Counted from the stretch's first letter, positions 1-9,946 are shown. The stretch: DNA of 24,000 nucleotides from an endosymbiont of Acanthamoeba sp. UWC8 (GCF_000730245.1 NZ_CP004403.1:1528517-1552516); one strand, 5' to 3'. Translations and numbers: made by a program. The notes: a model not told the origin generated them from the sequence alone.

Positions 1-5
1 TAGAG

Positions 6-1451
6 ATGCCCCTTAAAGTTGAGGAATACCTACAAAAGATTGGATGCAAATCTCGTAATATGATACGTAAATCAGAAAAGAATGGTTTCTATTTTGAAGA
101 ATTTGACCATGATGAGTTTATTCCTGATATGTATGAAATTAATACCTCTAAATCTCATCGGGGCGGGAAACCAATGTCACAGGGATATCAGGAGAGACCA
201 AATTTAATATATTTAAATCATGAGTGTTATTGTAATGATCATAAAATTAAATTTTTAGGAGTTTTTAGGGATGGCAAGCTATATGCTTATTGCCAACTTG
301 AAATTGTGCATGAACTTGCTGTTATTAATCGTATTTTAGGACATGGGGATTTCCTGACTTATGGTATTATGAACCATTTAATTAAAGGTATGGTAGAATA
401 TTTAACAGGCACTAAAGTCAAAGCTATGAATTATTTAACTTTAGCAAGTAACTCAAATCTAGCTGACTTCAAAAAACGGACAGGATTCGAAGAATACCGC
501 ACGATCTTTATTACTAATCACAACTCAATAAAGCAATCTAGCCCTTTCGAGCTGTTTAGTAATTTAGGATTGAGGCTATATTCGAGAATTAAAAAAGTTA
601 TACAATCTAGTAGAAATACATCTTCTAATTTAAACATAAAAAAAAACCTTTTTCTTTTAGAAAATTTAAATGTTGTACTTAACGAACTAAATCAGCATGT
701 GAATTTTGGTTTATTTGATAAAATATTGGAAAGCCCCGTAGAGGGTAAACCTTACCATTTTATAAAACATGATATCCACGGGAGAACGGATATTCTTTTA
801 GACCTAGCTATAATGGAAGCAAAATTGGGCATAAAGGCAACTTACTTTGTAATGCTTCCTTGTAAAATGAACCAACATTATATTAATGATGATAAATTCT
901 ATTACATTTTACAAGAAATTCAAAATTTAGGTCATGAGGTAGCCTTACATTTAGATGTTTTACAATTGTTATTTGAATATAATGATTTATTGGAGCCTAT
1001 AAAGAATTTTAAAGCTAAGCTAGAGAAATTTGATATTAAAATTAGAGGAGCAAATGCTCATGGTAATACTTTTTTGGTTAAAAAGTATGGGATCAATCCC
1101 ATGGTATTTTTTAAAGAATTTAAAGGATTTGAAGTATCTGAAACGTTATCCCCTATTTTAAAAACACATTTGTATAAATATTCTTTAGAACAATTAGGTA
1201 TTGAATTTTGGGCAGATGTTATTGTTTGGTATCAAGGTAAACATATTCTACCTGAAAAGTATTTAACCGATAACTTTGGTTATTTAGGCGTGCGTAAGGT
1301 AACCGAAGAAACATTACATACAGGTTGGGAGTTTGAGCTAACAGGCTCTAAAGATAAAAAGATAGACCAAGCATTTATTTCCCGCCTCATAGGTAGTATT
1401 AGTAGATATAAAACCTTGTATCTTTTACATCCACAGTTTTTTATAAAGTAA
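6..1451 (+). CDS. FemAB/GNAT-like acyltransferase domain fused to a CE4 (NodB)-like polysaccharide deacetylase domain; 5' end may lie beyond the window
   Basis: 481-aa ORF. The N-terminal ~170 aa fit the FemAB/BioF2-like GNAT pattern (NMIRKSEKNGFYFEEF ... GVFRDGKLYAYCQLE ... LADFKKRTGFEE). The C-terminal ~240 aa carry CE4-like motifs (KATYFVM, GHEVALHLD). They are colinear with the ORF at 5154-5993 (YHFIKHDIH, IRGxNxHGNT, KYSLxxLGxxFWAD, LHPQFFI). The frame is still open at the window edge (codon 3-5 GAG). Confidence 0.55.
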   Translation: MPLKVEEYLQKIGCKSRNMIRKSEKNGFYFEEFDHDEFIPDMYEINTSKSHRGGKPMSQGYQERPNLIYLNHECYCNDHKIKFLGVFRDGKLYAYCQLEIVHELAVINRILGHGDFLTYGIMNHLIKGMVEYLTGTKVKAMNYLTLASNSNLADFKKRTGFEEYRTIFITNHNSIKQSSPFELFSNLGLRLYSRIKKVIQSSRNTSSNLNIKKNLFLLENLNVVLNELNQHVNFGLFDKILESPVEGKPYHFIKHDIHGRTDILLDLAIMEAKLGIKATYFVMLPCKMNQHYINDDKFYYILQEIQNLGHEVALHLDVLQLLFEYNDLLEPIKNFKAKLEKFDIKIRGANAHGNTFLVKKYGINPMVFFKEFKGFEVSETLSPILKTHLYKYSLEQLGIEFWADVIVWYQGKHILPEKYLTDNFGYLGVRKVTEETLHTGWEFELTGSKDKKIDQAFISRLIGSISRYKTLYLLHPQFFIK

Positions 1452-1464
1452 AAAAGTTAAGTAT

Positions 1465-2882
1465 ATGGGTTATAAAGAGAAAAATAAAAAAGTAGTTATG
1501 GTAGTAGCAAATGCAGTTACACATGACATCAGAGTGTTAAAGGAAGCGGTGGCACTCCACAAAAATGGATATGAAGTTACAATATTAGGTATAGATAAAA
1601 AAGGGAAAACTCTACATTATGAAGGAGTAAATATAATATTAGTTGAACTACAATCATTTAGCCAAGTCATAATTAAACCTTGGTTAAAAAATTTTTATCT
1701 TATTTTTCATTAAAGAGAGCAAGTTTAAATACAAAAACCAGTATTAATAGCTTTAATACATCTGAAGAAATGGTAAGAATTTTTAGTGATACTCAAAAAA
1801 GCTTTTCTACAACTAACAATCATACAAATGAGATATATAACCTTATTTTAAAGCTTTATAAAAACCCTTTCCTAGCTATTTATTATTTATGTAATAAAAT
1901 TAAAAATTTTGCTGCATTATTATATAAAAGCCAAGCTATTGGTAGTTATAAAATAGACAAATTAATTCTAAACGAACTTAAATCAATCAAATTTGATATT
2001 ATACACTGTCATGATCTAAATACTACTTATATTGGGGTAAGAATCAAAAAAAACAACCCCTCAATCAAATTTATATTTGATTCGCATGAAATCTATTTTG
2101 CTTTACATACGCTGAATTGGTTTAAAAAGATTAAAGCTAAAATGCTTTTTAAAAAAGTGTTAAAATATACAGATGGTTTTATTACAGTAAATGATTCAAT
2201 TGCCCAGTATTTTCAACAATTATTTAATTTAAAAATTTCACCAGTAGTTATCAAAAATGCTGCTCAGCAAGATATACAAAAAGTTCCTTATGATAATAGA
2301 TTGCATAAAGTTCTAAATCTTTCTTTTAAAACGAAAATTTTGCTTTACCATGGAGGATATTCTAAATATAGAGGGCTTCCTCAACTAGTTGCTGCAGGTG
2401 AATTACTTCCTAAAGGCTGGGTTTTAGTTATGATTGGTTGGGGAAAACTAGAAAATGACCTTAAGGATATAGCAATAAAAAATGGGACTATTAGTAAAAA
2501 AGTTTTCTTCTTACCAAAAGTTCCTCAATCAGAACTATTAGAGTGGACAAAAGGAGCAAGTATAGGAATTATACCTTACGAAAACATTGGATTAAATCAC
2601 TATTTTTGCTCTCCAAATAAGATTTGGGAATTTTGCAATGCTGATGTACCTTTCCTTGCTCCTCCTTATCCGGAATTTAAAAAAATTATAAATAAATATA
2701 ATGTCGGATGGTTTATTGATGAGGAAATAACCTCGATAAGTATTATAAATATGGTGAAGAAACTAGATGATCACCCAGAAACAATTAGAAAATATAAAGA
2801 AAGCTGCAATAAGTTTGTAAAAGAAGATCACTGGGGAGTATATGCTGAAAAACTATTAAGGTTATATGAAAAGATCATCTAA
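1465..2882 (+). pseudogene. GT4-family glycosyltransferase interrupted by a -1 frame change (ORFs 1465-1713 and 1680-2882)
   Basis: The 82-aa ORF supplies the typical GT4 N-terminus (KKVVMVVANAVTHDIRVLKEAVALHKNGYEVTILG). The 400-aa ORF supplies the rest (DIIHCHDLNT, FDSHEIY, LLYHGGYSKYRGL, LVMIGWG, PNKIWEFCNADVP). The two frames are simultaneously open only in 1677-1713, which contains an A6T5 tract (1686-1696). Confidence 0.65.
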
Positions 2883-4014
2883 GAATATTACTACACATAT
2901 TTCATATTTTCATGATTTTTTTGATATTCGCATTTTTCATAAAGAGCTAATGTCATTGAAAAAATTAGGCTATGAAGTACATCATATTACAAGAGGGCCT
3001 GATAATATCAAAGATACAAAAGGCGTGGTTTACCATCAAATTAAGGAAAGTAATACACAAAATCCTATTTTAAAATTATTAAATTTAATATATAAAGTAT
3101 TAAAAATAACCTTTACCTATAAATCACCTATATATCATATACATGAGCCACAATTTCTAATTTTTGCTTGGATTTTAAAATTTAAAAAATCTAAAATTAT
3201 TTATGATGTTCATGAAGATTTTTCCGCTCAGGCTCTTTCGTTATATAAGAATAATTGGGTAAAAGCATGGTTCTTTTATATTTTGTGGAGAGTAATTGAG
3301 AATTTATCAAAATTATATGTGGATCATTATATATGTGCCACAGAAACCATAGCGAAAAAATTTCCAAAAAAATATACTTCTATAATTTATAATTATGCTC
3401 TTTTAAAAGAATATGGAAGTGACTTCGAAAACATTTCTTTTCAACAATACCTCAGAAAAGAAAATATTTTATTGTTTTGCGGAGGTATTAGTAAATTTAG
3501 AGGTATTGATAAAATTTTATCGGCCTATCTGCAGGTCTCTGATAGATTACCTATAAAACTGGTTCTAGCCGGTTCGTTCATGAATAAAGGTACTTATAAT
3601 TTCTGCACTACTCATCCGGTATGGGAGCAAGTAGAATACTTAGGAGTTTTACCAAGACATGAAACGCTGGAGCTGTTTAATAGGGCGAAAGTGGGGTTAT
3701 TGCTATTTCAGCCCGGTGCAAATCATAATGATGCATTACCTAATAAATTGTTTGAATATATGGCAGCAGGGTTACCGATTATTGCTTCTAATTTTACTGC
3801 TTGGGAAGCAATAATAGAAAAAAAACAATGCGGTATAACGGTGAACCCGACAGATACTTATTCGATTGCCGAAGCGATAAACAAATTATTTACTTCTCCT
3901 GAGCTTGCATATAAGTTTGCACGGAATGGACGAAAGATTTTTGAGCAATACTATACTTGGGAATCACAGGAACCTCTGTTAGAGTCAATCTATGAGTTTG
4001 AAATTAATAAATAA
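2866..4014 (+). CDS. GT4-family glycosyltransferase
   Basis: 382-aa ORF with GT4 hallmarks: HIHEPQ, LLFCGGISKFRGID, LVLAGS, and LPNKLFEYMAAGLPIIASN (E-x7-E region). The start overlaps the upstream stop by 17 nt. Confidence 0.8.
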   Translation: MKRSSKNITTHISYFHDFFDIRIFHKELMSLKKLGYEVHHITRGPDNIKDTKGVVYHQIKESNTQNPILKLLNLIYKVLKITFTYKSPIYHIHEPQFLIFAWILKFKKSKIIYDVHEDFSAQALSLYKNNWVKAWFFYILWRVIENLSKLYVDHYICATETIAKKFPKKYTSIIYNYALLKEYGSDFENISFQQYLRKENILLFCGGISKFRGIDKILSAYLQVSDRLPIKLVLAGSFMNKGTYNFCTTHPVWEQVEYLGVLPRHETLELFNRAKVGLLLFQPGANHNDALPNKLFEYMAAGLPIIASNFTAWEAIIEKKQCGITVNPTDTYSIAEAINKLFTSPELAYKFARNGRKIFEQYYTWESQEPLLESIYEFEINK

Positions 4015-5167
4015 ATACACAAAAGGAATATATAATCTTTTTGTTAAATTAAGGAAAAATTTTGCAAATAATAAAGCAAAAAAATATATAAAAAGTATTA
4101 TCGAGTATTATGACGCTCAAGGAGGTTTTGGTTACGATCAATACTCTCTTAACATTAAACGGTATCATCCGATGGCAGAAGGAAAGTACTTGCTTGCCTT
4201 GGGGAAACTTAGCAAAGCATCCTTGCATAGTATAATAGATACTGATGAATTAATTATAAATAGTTTAGCTAGACTTAATAAATATAATATTTCTCTTCAA
4301 AAAGAATATAAGTGTTGGGGTTTAGGATTTTCATATAAAGCTATTGAAGAAAAGGAACCAACAATAGTAACAACCGCTATTATTACTAATTCCTTAATAG
4401 AATTATATTTACAGGGAAAAATTTCCAAAGAAGATGACTTATTGCAAGGAGCATTAAAATGGTTAGATGATTTTGCATATGGGATAACTTGTAATGATAA
4501 CAATGAAAAAATTTTTATACCTTACTATTCTTTTAGCGCAAACGAGATTGTATTAAATTCTATAAGTTTGTGGGCTTTAGTATTATACAAGAGCCAAATA
4601 CATAATATACTTATCTCTAAGCATGATGTAAAATCCGTAGCTAGGTGGATTGCAAGTAAATACATCACTGGCATTGGCTGGATGGATTTTGAAGCTGGTA
4701 GTAAAAGAATAGATTTATTACACCAATGCTATATCCTAACTTCATTAAGAGAGATATTAGGTAATGAATTTGAGGAAGATAATTGCATAGACGCAATAAA
4801 TATATTTAGTTCATTTGGAAAATTTATCGATAAATTTGACGCTTTCGATAAAAAGTCTGCTGTTTTAACTTTTATAAAATCAAAGCATGTTTACTTAAAT
4901 AAAATTGGCTCTTATGACATTGTTAAGTATGCTGCGGAAGCTAGGGCATGGTCTTATGGAGAATTGCTTAGTTTCATATCAATAGAAATGAAGAGAAGTA
5001 AACAATACTCTAGATATTGGCAAGTATTAGCTAATCGTATTTTAGAGATTTTGCTTAAGTATATTCCAAAATGGATTTCAAATAATAGGCCTCGAGATTT
5101 AATGCATATTTTAAATGGCTTAGTATCTTATTATGTTAATATTGGAGATAAAAATGATGAGTGCTAG
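3992..5167 (+). CDS. hypothetical protein inside the polysaccharide operon (soluble, no motif recognised)
   Basis: 391-aa ORF that overlaps both neighbouring genes (23 nt upstream, 14 nt downstream), implying co-translation with the operon. I see no hydrophobic TM stretches and no catalytic signature I can name. Confidence 0.5.
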   Translation: MSLKLINKYTKGIYNLFVKLRKNFANNKAKKYIKSIIEYYDAQGGFGYDQYSLNIKRYHPMAEGKYLLALGKLSKASLHSIIDTDELIINSLARLNKYNISLQKEYKCWGLGFSYKAIEEKEPTIVTTAIITNSLIELYLQGKISKEDDLLQGALKWLDDFAYGITCNDNNEKIFIPYYSFSANEIVLNSISLWALVLYKSQIHNILISKHDVKSVARWIASKYITGIGWMDFEAGSKRIDLLHQCYILTSLREILGNEFEEDNCIDAINIFSSFGKFIDKFDAFDKKSAVLTFIKSKHVYLNKIGSYDIVKYAAEARAWSYGELLSFISIEMKRSKQYSRYWQVLANRILEILLKYIPKWISNNRPRDLMHILNGLVSYYVNIGDKNDEC

Positions 5168-5993
5168 AAATTTACTTAAGAAGATATATAATACCGTACT
5201 GGGTAGAAGGAAAAAACTATACTTTATTAAAGATTGGGTAAGTTTATTGGGAGCTTTAAAGGAAAATGGTGTTGAGTATAAACTATTTGATAAACTTCCG
5301 GAAGCCATAAATTATAATAAAAATTACCATTTTATAAAACATGATATACATCATCTTTTAGAGCCTGCGTTACAAATAGCAAAAGCTGAACATAGTATCG
5401 GAGTACAAGCTACATTTTTTATGATGCATGAACATCCTTTGAACCAAAAAATATTTAACAAGCCGGAAACTTGGAAAGGTTTACAAACTATCCAGGACTT
5501 AGGGCATGAAATTGCCCTTCATATTGATGGATTCATTTTAATAGAAAAATATGGATGTATACAAAAAGGTTTAGAGAAAGAGTGGCAATTATTTAAAGAT
5601 AACGGAATTAATATTAGGGGTGGGAACTGCCATGGCAATACTACCTATTACAATAAATTAAAGTTTGAACCGATGAGCTTTTATAAAGAGATATACCGCC
5701 CTCACAAATGCCAAGACAGTTTTTGGAATCAATTTAATTCTAAATATAGTTTAGCAGATTTAGGGTTTAAATTTTGGGCAGATAGTAGTTGTTGGGTTGA
5801 AGGTAATTTATATATTCCAAAAATATATATCAGCGATAATATGCTTGATATTAGGGCTGGAATATCTGATTCCCCAGGTTGGGAAGTAATAGGGCCAAGT
5901 ATGCAGATTACAAAAGAACTGATTAATGAGTTAGTAAAAAGGTATACAAATACTCATGCTCTTTATTTAATTCATCCCCAATTTTTTATTTAA
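5154..5993 (+). CDS. CE4 (NodB)-like polysaccharide deacetylase family protein, paralogue of the C-terminal domain of ORF 6-1451
   Basis: Motifs QATFFMM and GHEIALHIDG, plus colinearity with ORF1. I prefer the ATG at 5154 (GGAGA at 5144-5148, 5-nt spacer) over the track start at 5133. Confidence 0.6.
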   Translation: MMSARNLLKKIYNTVLGRRKKLYFIKDWVSLLGALKENGVEYKLFDKLPEAINYNKNYHFIKHDIHHLLEPALQIAKAEHSIGVQATFFMMHEHPLNQKIFNKPETWKGLQTIQDLGHEIALHIDGFILIEKYGCIQKGLEKEWQLFKDNGINIRGGNCHGNTTYYNKLKFEPMSFYKEIYRPHKCQDSFWNQFNSKYSLADLGFKFWADSSCWVEGNLYIPKIYISDNMLDIRAGISDSPGWEVIGPSMQITKELINELVKRYTNTHALYLIHPQFFI

Positions 5994-6008
5994 TTAGAGT
6001 TATAAAAT

Positions 6009-7046
6009 ATGCAAAAAAAAATATTCAGTATAATCGGTGCTCGCCCTCAATTTATTAAAGCTGCTGCTGTAAGTAGGGTTTTAAGAACCAGATATAATGA
6101 AATATTAGTTCATACTGGGCAGCATTTTGATAAAAACATGTCTGAAATTTTTTTTAAAGAACTGGAAATTCCCGCTCCAGATTATAATTTAGGCATAAGT
6201 GGATCTACACATGGAAGAATGACCGCTCAAATGATGGAGAAAATAGAAGAGCTTCTATTAAAAATTCAGCCTGATTTAGTACTTTTATATGGTGATACCA
6301 ATTCAACTTTAGCAGGAGCTTTAACAGCATCTAAACTACATATACCTATTGCTCACGTTGAAGCAGGGCCGCGTACTTATGATAAGCGGCAACCGGAAGA
6401 GGTAAACAGAGTAATTACTGATCATCTAAGCAGTATAAATTTTTGCCCTACACTTCAATCAGTAAAAAATTTAAAGACTGAAAATATTATTAATAATGTT
6501 TTTCATGTAGGTGATGTGATATATGATTCCTCTCTTTTTGCTTTTAATAAAGCTCAAACTTCTTCTCATATATTAAAAAAATTAGGATTATCAAATAAAG
6601 AATATATTTTAGCCACTATTCATCGCGCAGAACATACAAATGATCCTAAAGTATTAAGCGATATAGTAACATACCTAAGAAGCCAACCAAAAGTAGTAGT
6701 ATGGCCTATACATCCTCGGACAAAACAAGCTGTTACTAAATGGAATATTTCACTTGAAGGTTTGGTGATTTGTGAACCTATAGGTTATATTGATTTTACT
6801 TGGCTTACTGCTAATGCTGCTTATATTATTACAGATTCAGGAGGCCTGCCAAAAGAAGCATACTTCCATAGAGTACCTTGTATTACCATAGGCGATTATA
6901 CTCCATGGCCTGAGACCATAAAAGCAGGATGGAATAGACTTTGGACTCAGGACGATTGGAAAAACCCTAGACAAGATATAAGAGATTATGGTAGTGGAAA
7001 AGCTTCACACCTTATTTTACAACATATAATAAATTTTTTTAAGTGA
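6009..7046 (+). CDS. wecB: UDP-N-acetylglucosamine 2-epimerase (non-hydrolysing type)
   Basis: 345-aa ORF with family signatures GARPQFIKAAAV, HTGQHFDKNMSEIFF, LLYGDTNSTLAGAL, HVEAGPRT and DSGGLPKEAYF. Confidence 0.9.
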   Translation: MQKKIFSIIGARPQFIKAAAVSRVLRTRYNEILVHTGQHFDKNMSEIFFKELEIPAPDYNLGISGSTHGRMTAQMMEKIEELLLKIQPDLVLLYGDTNSTLAGALTASKLHIPIAHVEAGPRTYDKRQPEEVNRVITDHLSSINFCPTLQSVKNLKTENIINNVFHVGDVIYDSSLFAFNKAQTSSHILKKLGLSNKEYILATIHRAEHTNDPKVLSDIVTYLRSQPKVVVWPIHPRTKQAVTKWNISLEGLVICEPIGYIDFTWLTANAAYIITDSGGLPKEAYFHRVPCITIGDYTPWPETIKAGWNRLWTQDDWKNPRQDIRDYGSGKASHLILQHIINFFK

Positions 7047-8212
7047 TTAAACATATAGTATATTATGCAGGTATAGATTTAAGTATTCCAAATGCTTGTG
7101 CTTTACATGTAGCTGGTATTGTCAAAGGATTTGCAGAATTAGGTTATAATGTTACTGCTATATTACCCAAACCCACTAATAATACTAATATCCCTTTTTT
7201 AAAAGAACAGCATAATATATCTCTTGTTTACCACAGCAATCCAATTAAAAGCCCGCGGTTTTTAAGTACTATTTTTGCTATCTTTACTACTATAAAGTTA
7301 CTTTATAAGATCAAACCTCAGCTATTTTATCTACGAATGTCATTACTTAGCTTTATATTACTTCTTATCGCTAAAATTTTAAAAATTCCTACGGTAAGTG
7401 AGCATAATGGCTGGATGGAAAAAGAAATGGAAATGCTTGGAACCACAAAATTTGTTTCTTTAATAAGTAGGCTAATACAAATTTTAGACTGTAAACTAAC
7501 TAAAAAAATTTTAACGGTTACCCAAGGCCTTAAAGAACAACTTAAGCTGTACGGAATACCTGATCATAAATTTATAGTAGTTGAAAACGGTACTGACACT
7601 GCGCAGTTCACACCGATAGCCCGTGAAAAAGCTCTTAAACAATTAGGATTAAATCCTAATTGTTTCTACTTAGGGTTTATAGGGGTATTTACTAAATGGC
7701 AAGGTTTAGATCTAACCCTAAGCGCTTTCTATGAAGTAGCTAAATATGATAGTAACATCCGTTTAATTTTAGCGGGGGACGGGGCTGAAAAAATAATATT
7801 ACAGAATAGGGCGCAAAGTTTAGGACTTAAAGAAAAAGTGTATTTTTTAGGCGCTGTACCAATTCAAAATGCTAATAATGTTATCAATTGTTTTGATATT
7901 GCTCTTAGTAATGCAACTGTGGAGCTTAATCATAATATTGGTGTTTCAAAATTAAAAATCCGTGATTATGCAGCAGCAGGTAGAACAATATTAGCAAGTC
8001 ATATCCCGGGAAATATTGAATTAGATAATGAAGGTATATTATTAACTCATATAGCAGATAGTATAGATGATCTTGTAGAAAAAATTCTTAGTTTAAAAAA
8101 TCAACCGGAGCTTATGAAATCCTTGCAATGCAAAAGCAGGGAATACGCTATCAAGCATTTCTCTTGGAAGCAAAAATGTAGGGAAATTTTAGCAAATCAT
8201 ATTAGTTTGTAA
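7043..8212 (+). CDS. GT4-family glycosyltransferase
   Basis: 389-aa ORF. The GTG start overlaps the wecB stop (GTGA). Motifs: GIVKGFAELGYNVTAI, FIGVFTKWQGLD, LILAGDGAEK, YAAAGRTILAS. Confidence 0.75.
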   Translation: MIKHIVYYAGIDLSIPNACALHVAGIVKGFAELGYNVTAILPKPTNNTNIPFLKEQHNISLVYHSNPIKSPRFLSTIFAIFTTIKLLYKIKPQLFYLRMSLLSFILLLIAKILKIPTVSEHNGWMEKEMEMLGTTKFVSLISRLIQILDCKLTKKILTVTQGLKEQLKLYGIPDHKFIVVENGTDTAQFTPIAREKALKQLGLNPNCFYLGFIGVFTKWQGLDLTLSAFYEVAKYDSNIRLILAGDGAEKIILQNRAQSLGLKEKVYFLGAVPIQNANNVINCFDIALSNATVELNHNIGVSKLKIRDYAAAGRTILASHIPGNIELDNEGILLTHIADSIDDLVEKILSLKNQPELMKSLQCKSREYAIKHFSWKQKCREILANHISL

Positions 8213-8351
8213 ATAATAAGTATTTTTATATTTCTTAATTCTATTAATCAATCTATTTATTGTATACTTTTCAGTTCCTAAATCAGCTATTCGTAATAAT
8301 ATAAACAATAACATATCATAAAAACTAAAGCTATGGTAGCAAAACCCTAAA

Positions 8352-8381
8352 TAGACAAACTGGTTATATTTCTGATATAAT
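8352..8381 (+). promoter_or_regulatory. candidate sigma70-type promoter upstream of bcr
   Basis: TAGACA (8352-8357), 18-nt spacer, then an extended -10 TGATATAAT (8373-8381). It lies ~150 nt upstream of the bcr ATG. AT-rich background makes chance matches likely. Confidence 0.3.
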
Positions 8382-8531
8382 GTTATTTATAATTAATTCT
8401 CCGATATAAAGGGTTGAAGTGAAAAAGATCATCGTCGTTTAAACTAGAAAATTATATTTCCAGCCACTCTTTTAATCAAAGGGAAGTGCAAATTTATTGC
8501 TTAATTTTCAAATATAGTTGTCGAGGTTTTT

Positions 8532-9749
8532 ATGACAAAAGTTTTATTGCCGGCTATCTGGCTTATTGTATTAATTGTGGGTTTGCCACAACTTTCCGAA
8601 ACAATTTATACCCCATCACTCCCTGATATTGCTCGTGCCTTGCAAACGTCGGAATCAATGGCAGAATACACTCTTACCATTTTTCTTTTTGGCTTTGCAA
8701 TCGGTATACTCTTTTGGGGAAGGCTTTCTGATAAAGTAGGTCGGAAACCATGTGTGTTCGGAGGGATTTTTATTTTTATACTGGGTAGTATTGGGTGTTA
8801 TTTATCTGGTTCTATTACCGGGCTTATGATTAGTCGCTTTATTCAGGCCTTTGGTGGTAGCATCGGAAGTGTTCTTGGGCAAGCGATTTGTCGTGATGCG
8901 TTTCATGGATCAGCTTTAGGTAAAGTATATTCATCAACGGGTAGTGCTTTAGCGTTTTTTCCAGCTATTGGCCCTATAGTAGGGGGCTTGATTGCAGAAA
9001 ACTTCGGTTGGCCTATTATCTTTCTATCCCTTATCGCTTTCGCCCTTATTTTAAGTGTGCTTGTAGCGAAGTATTTGCCTGAAACACACCTTGGTGAAGA
9101 CAGAAAGTCAATTTCAATTTCAAAGGTTGCTTTAAGCCTGGTTAAAGATAAAAAAATTATCGGTTTAGGAGTAATTGTAGCTGCTTGCAACGGTATTAGT
9201 TTTAGCTATTTTGCGGAGGGCTCCTTTTATCTCATAAAGTTGCTTGGATTGTCTCCAAGTGAGTACGGGTCAAGTTTTATATTAATAGCTGTAAGCACAA
9301 TGCTTGGTGGCATGACCTCTAGAAGGTTACTTAAATATCATCCATCTAAAACAATTATGAAGTATGGGCTTTTTATCATATTTTTTATAAGTGCTTTATT
9401 CGGCGGTTTTGTTTTATGCTCTACCTATATTTCTTTGCTACCGAGAAGTTGGATGGTTGCTATTACTATTATCGCACAAATGGGTATTATGTTTGGCATA
9501 TGTATGGCTACCAGTAATGCCTTGGCGATCGCTCTAATCGATTATAAATGGTGCATTGGGACAGCCTCAAGCTTATTCGGATTCTTCTATTATTGCTTAA
9601 CTTCTCTGGTTACCTTAGGTATGGGTTATTTGCATAATGGTACCTTGCTTGCAATGCCTCTATACTTCCTTGCAATCAGTACCCTTATGTTAGCAGTTCA
9701 GAGAAGGTGGCTACACGAAAGATATTTTAAATCAGAAGCTTTTAGCTAA
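8532..9749 (+). CDS. bcr: MFS transporter, Bcr/CflA drug-efflux subfamily
   Basis: 405-aa ORF with ~12 hydrophobic segments and MFS motif A (GRLSDKVGRKP). Overall similarity is to bicyclomycin/multidrug efflux proteins. GAGG lies 5 nt upstream of the ATG. Confidence 0.85.
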   Translation: MTKVLLPAIWLIVLIVGLPQLSETIYTPSLPDIARALQTSESMAEYTLTIFLFGFAIGILFWGRLSDKVGRKPCVFGGIFIFILGSIGCYLSGSITGLMISRFIQAFGGSIGSVLGQAICRDAFHGSALGKVYSSTGSALAFFPAIGPIVGGLIAENFGWPIIFLSLIAFALILSVLVAKYLPETHLGEDRKSISISKVALSLVKDKKIIGLGVIVAACNGISFSYFAEGSFYLIKLLGLSPSEYGSSFILIAVSTMLGGMTSRRLLKYHPSKTIMKYGLFIIFFISALFGGFVLCSTYISLLPRSWMVAITIIAQMGIMFGICMATSNALAIALIDYKWCIGTASSLFGFFYYCLTSLVTLGMGYLHNGTLLAMPLYFLAISTLMLAVQRRWLHERYFKSEAFS

Positions 9750-9946
9750 GCTTAGGAGCTTCTTTGCATTTAATCAGTTTATACTCAAGCGCCGCAGTGC
9801 TATCTAATCTTCCTTAAAATTCAATTTTATTGTATAGAGAATTTTATTTAACAAACTATAATAAAGCTTAAAAAACTTCACACCCGTTGCTAACATTGTT
9901 CCTTGCTGCTATATAAGAAATCATAAAATTAATTGATATAAATTAA

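Noticed and set aside
9735..9770. Hairpin GAAGCT...AGCTTC (four AGCT units) followed by TTTGCATTT as a bcr terminator
   Set aside because: The stem is only 6 bp with a 16-nt loop, it overlaps the stop codon and the T tract is interrupted. This is too weak to annotate.
9750..9946. Possible Rickettsia palindromic element or other small mobile repeat in the bcr to PEtN-transferase spacer
   Set aside because: I cannot recall a consensus well enough to match it by eye, and I see no convincing long palindrome. A database comparison is needed.
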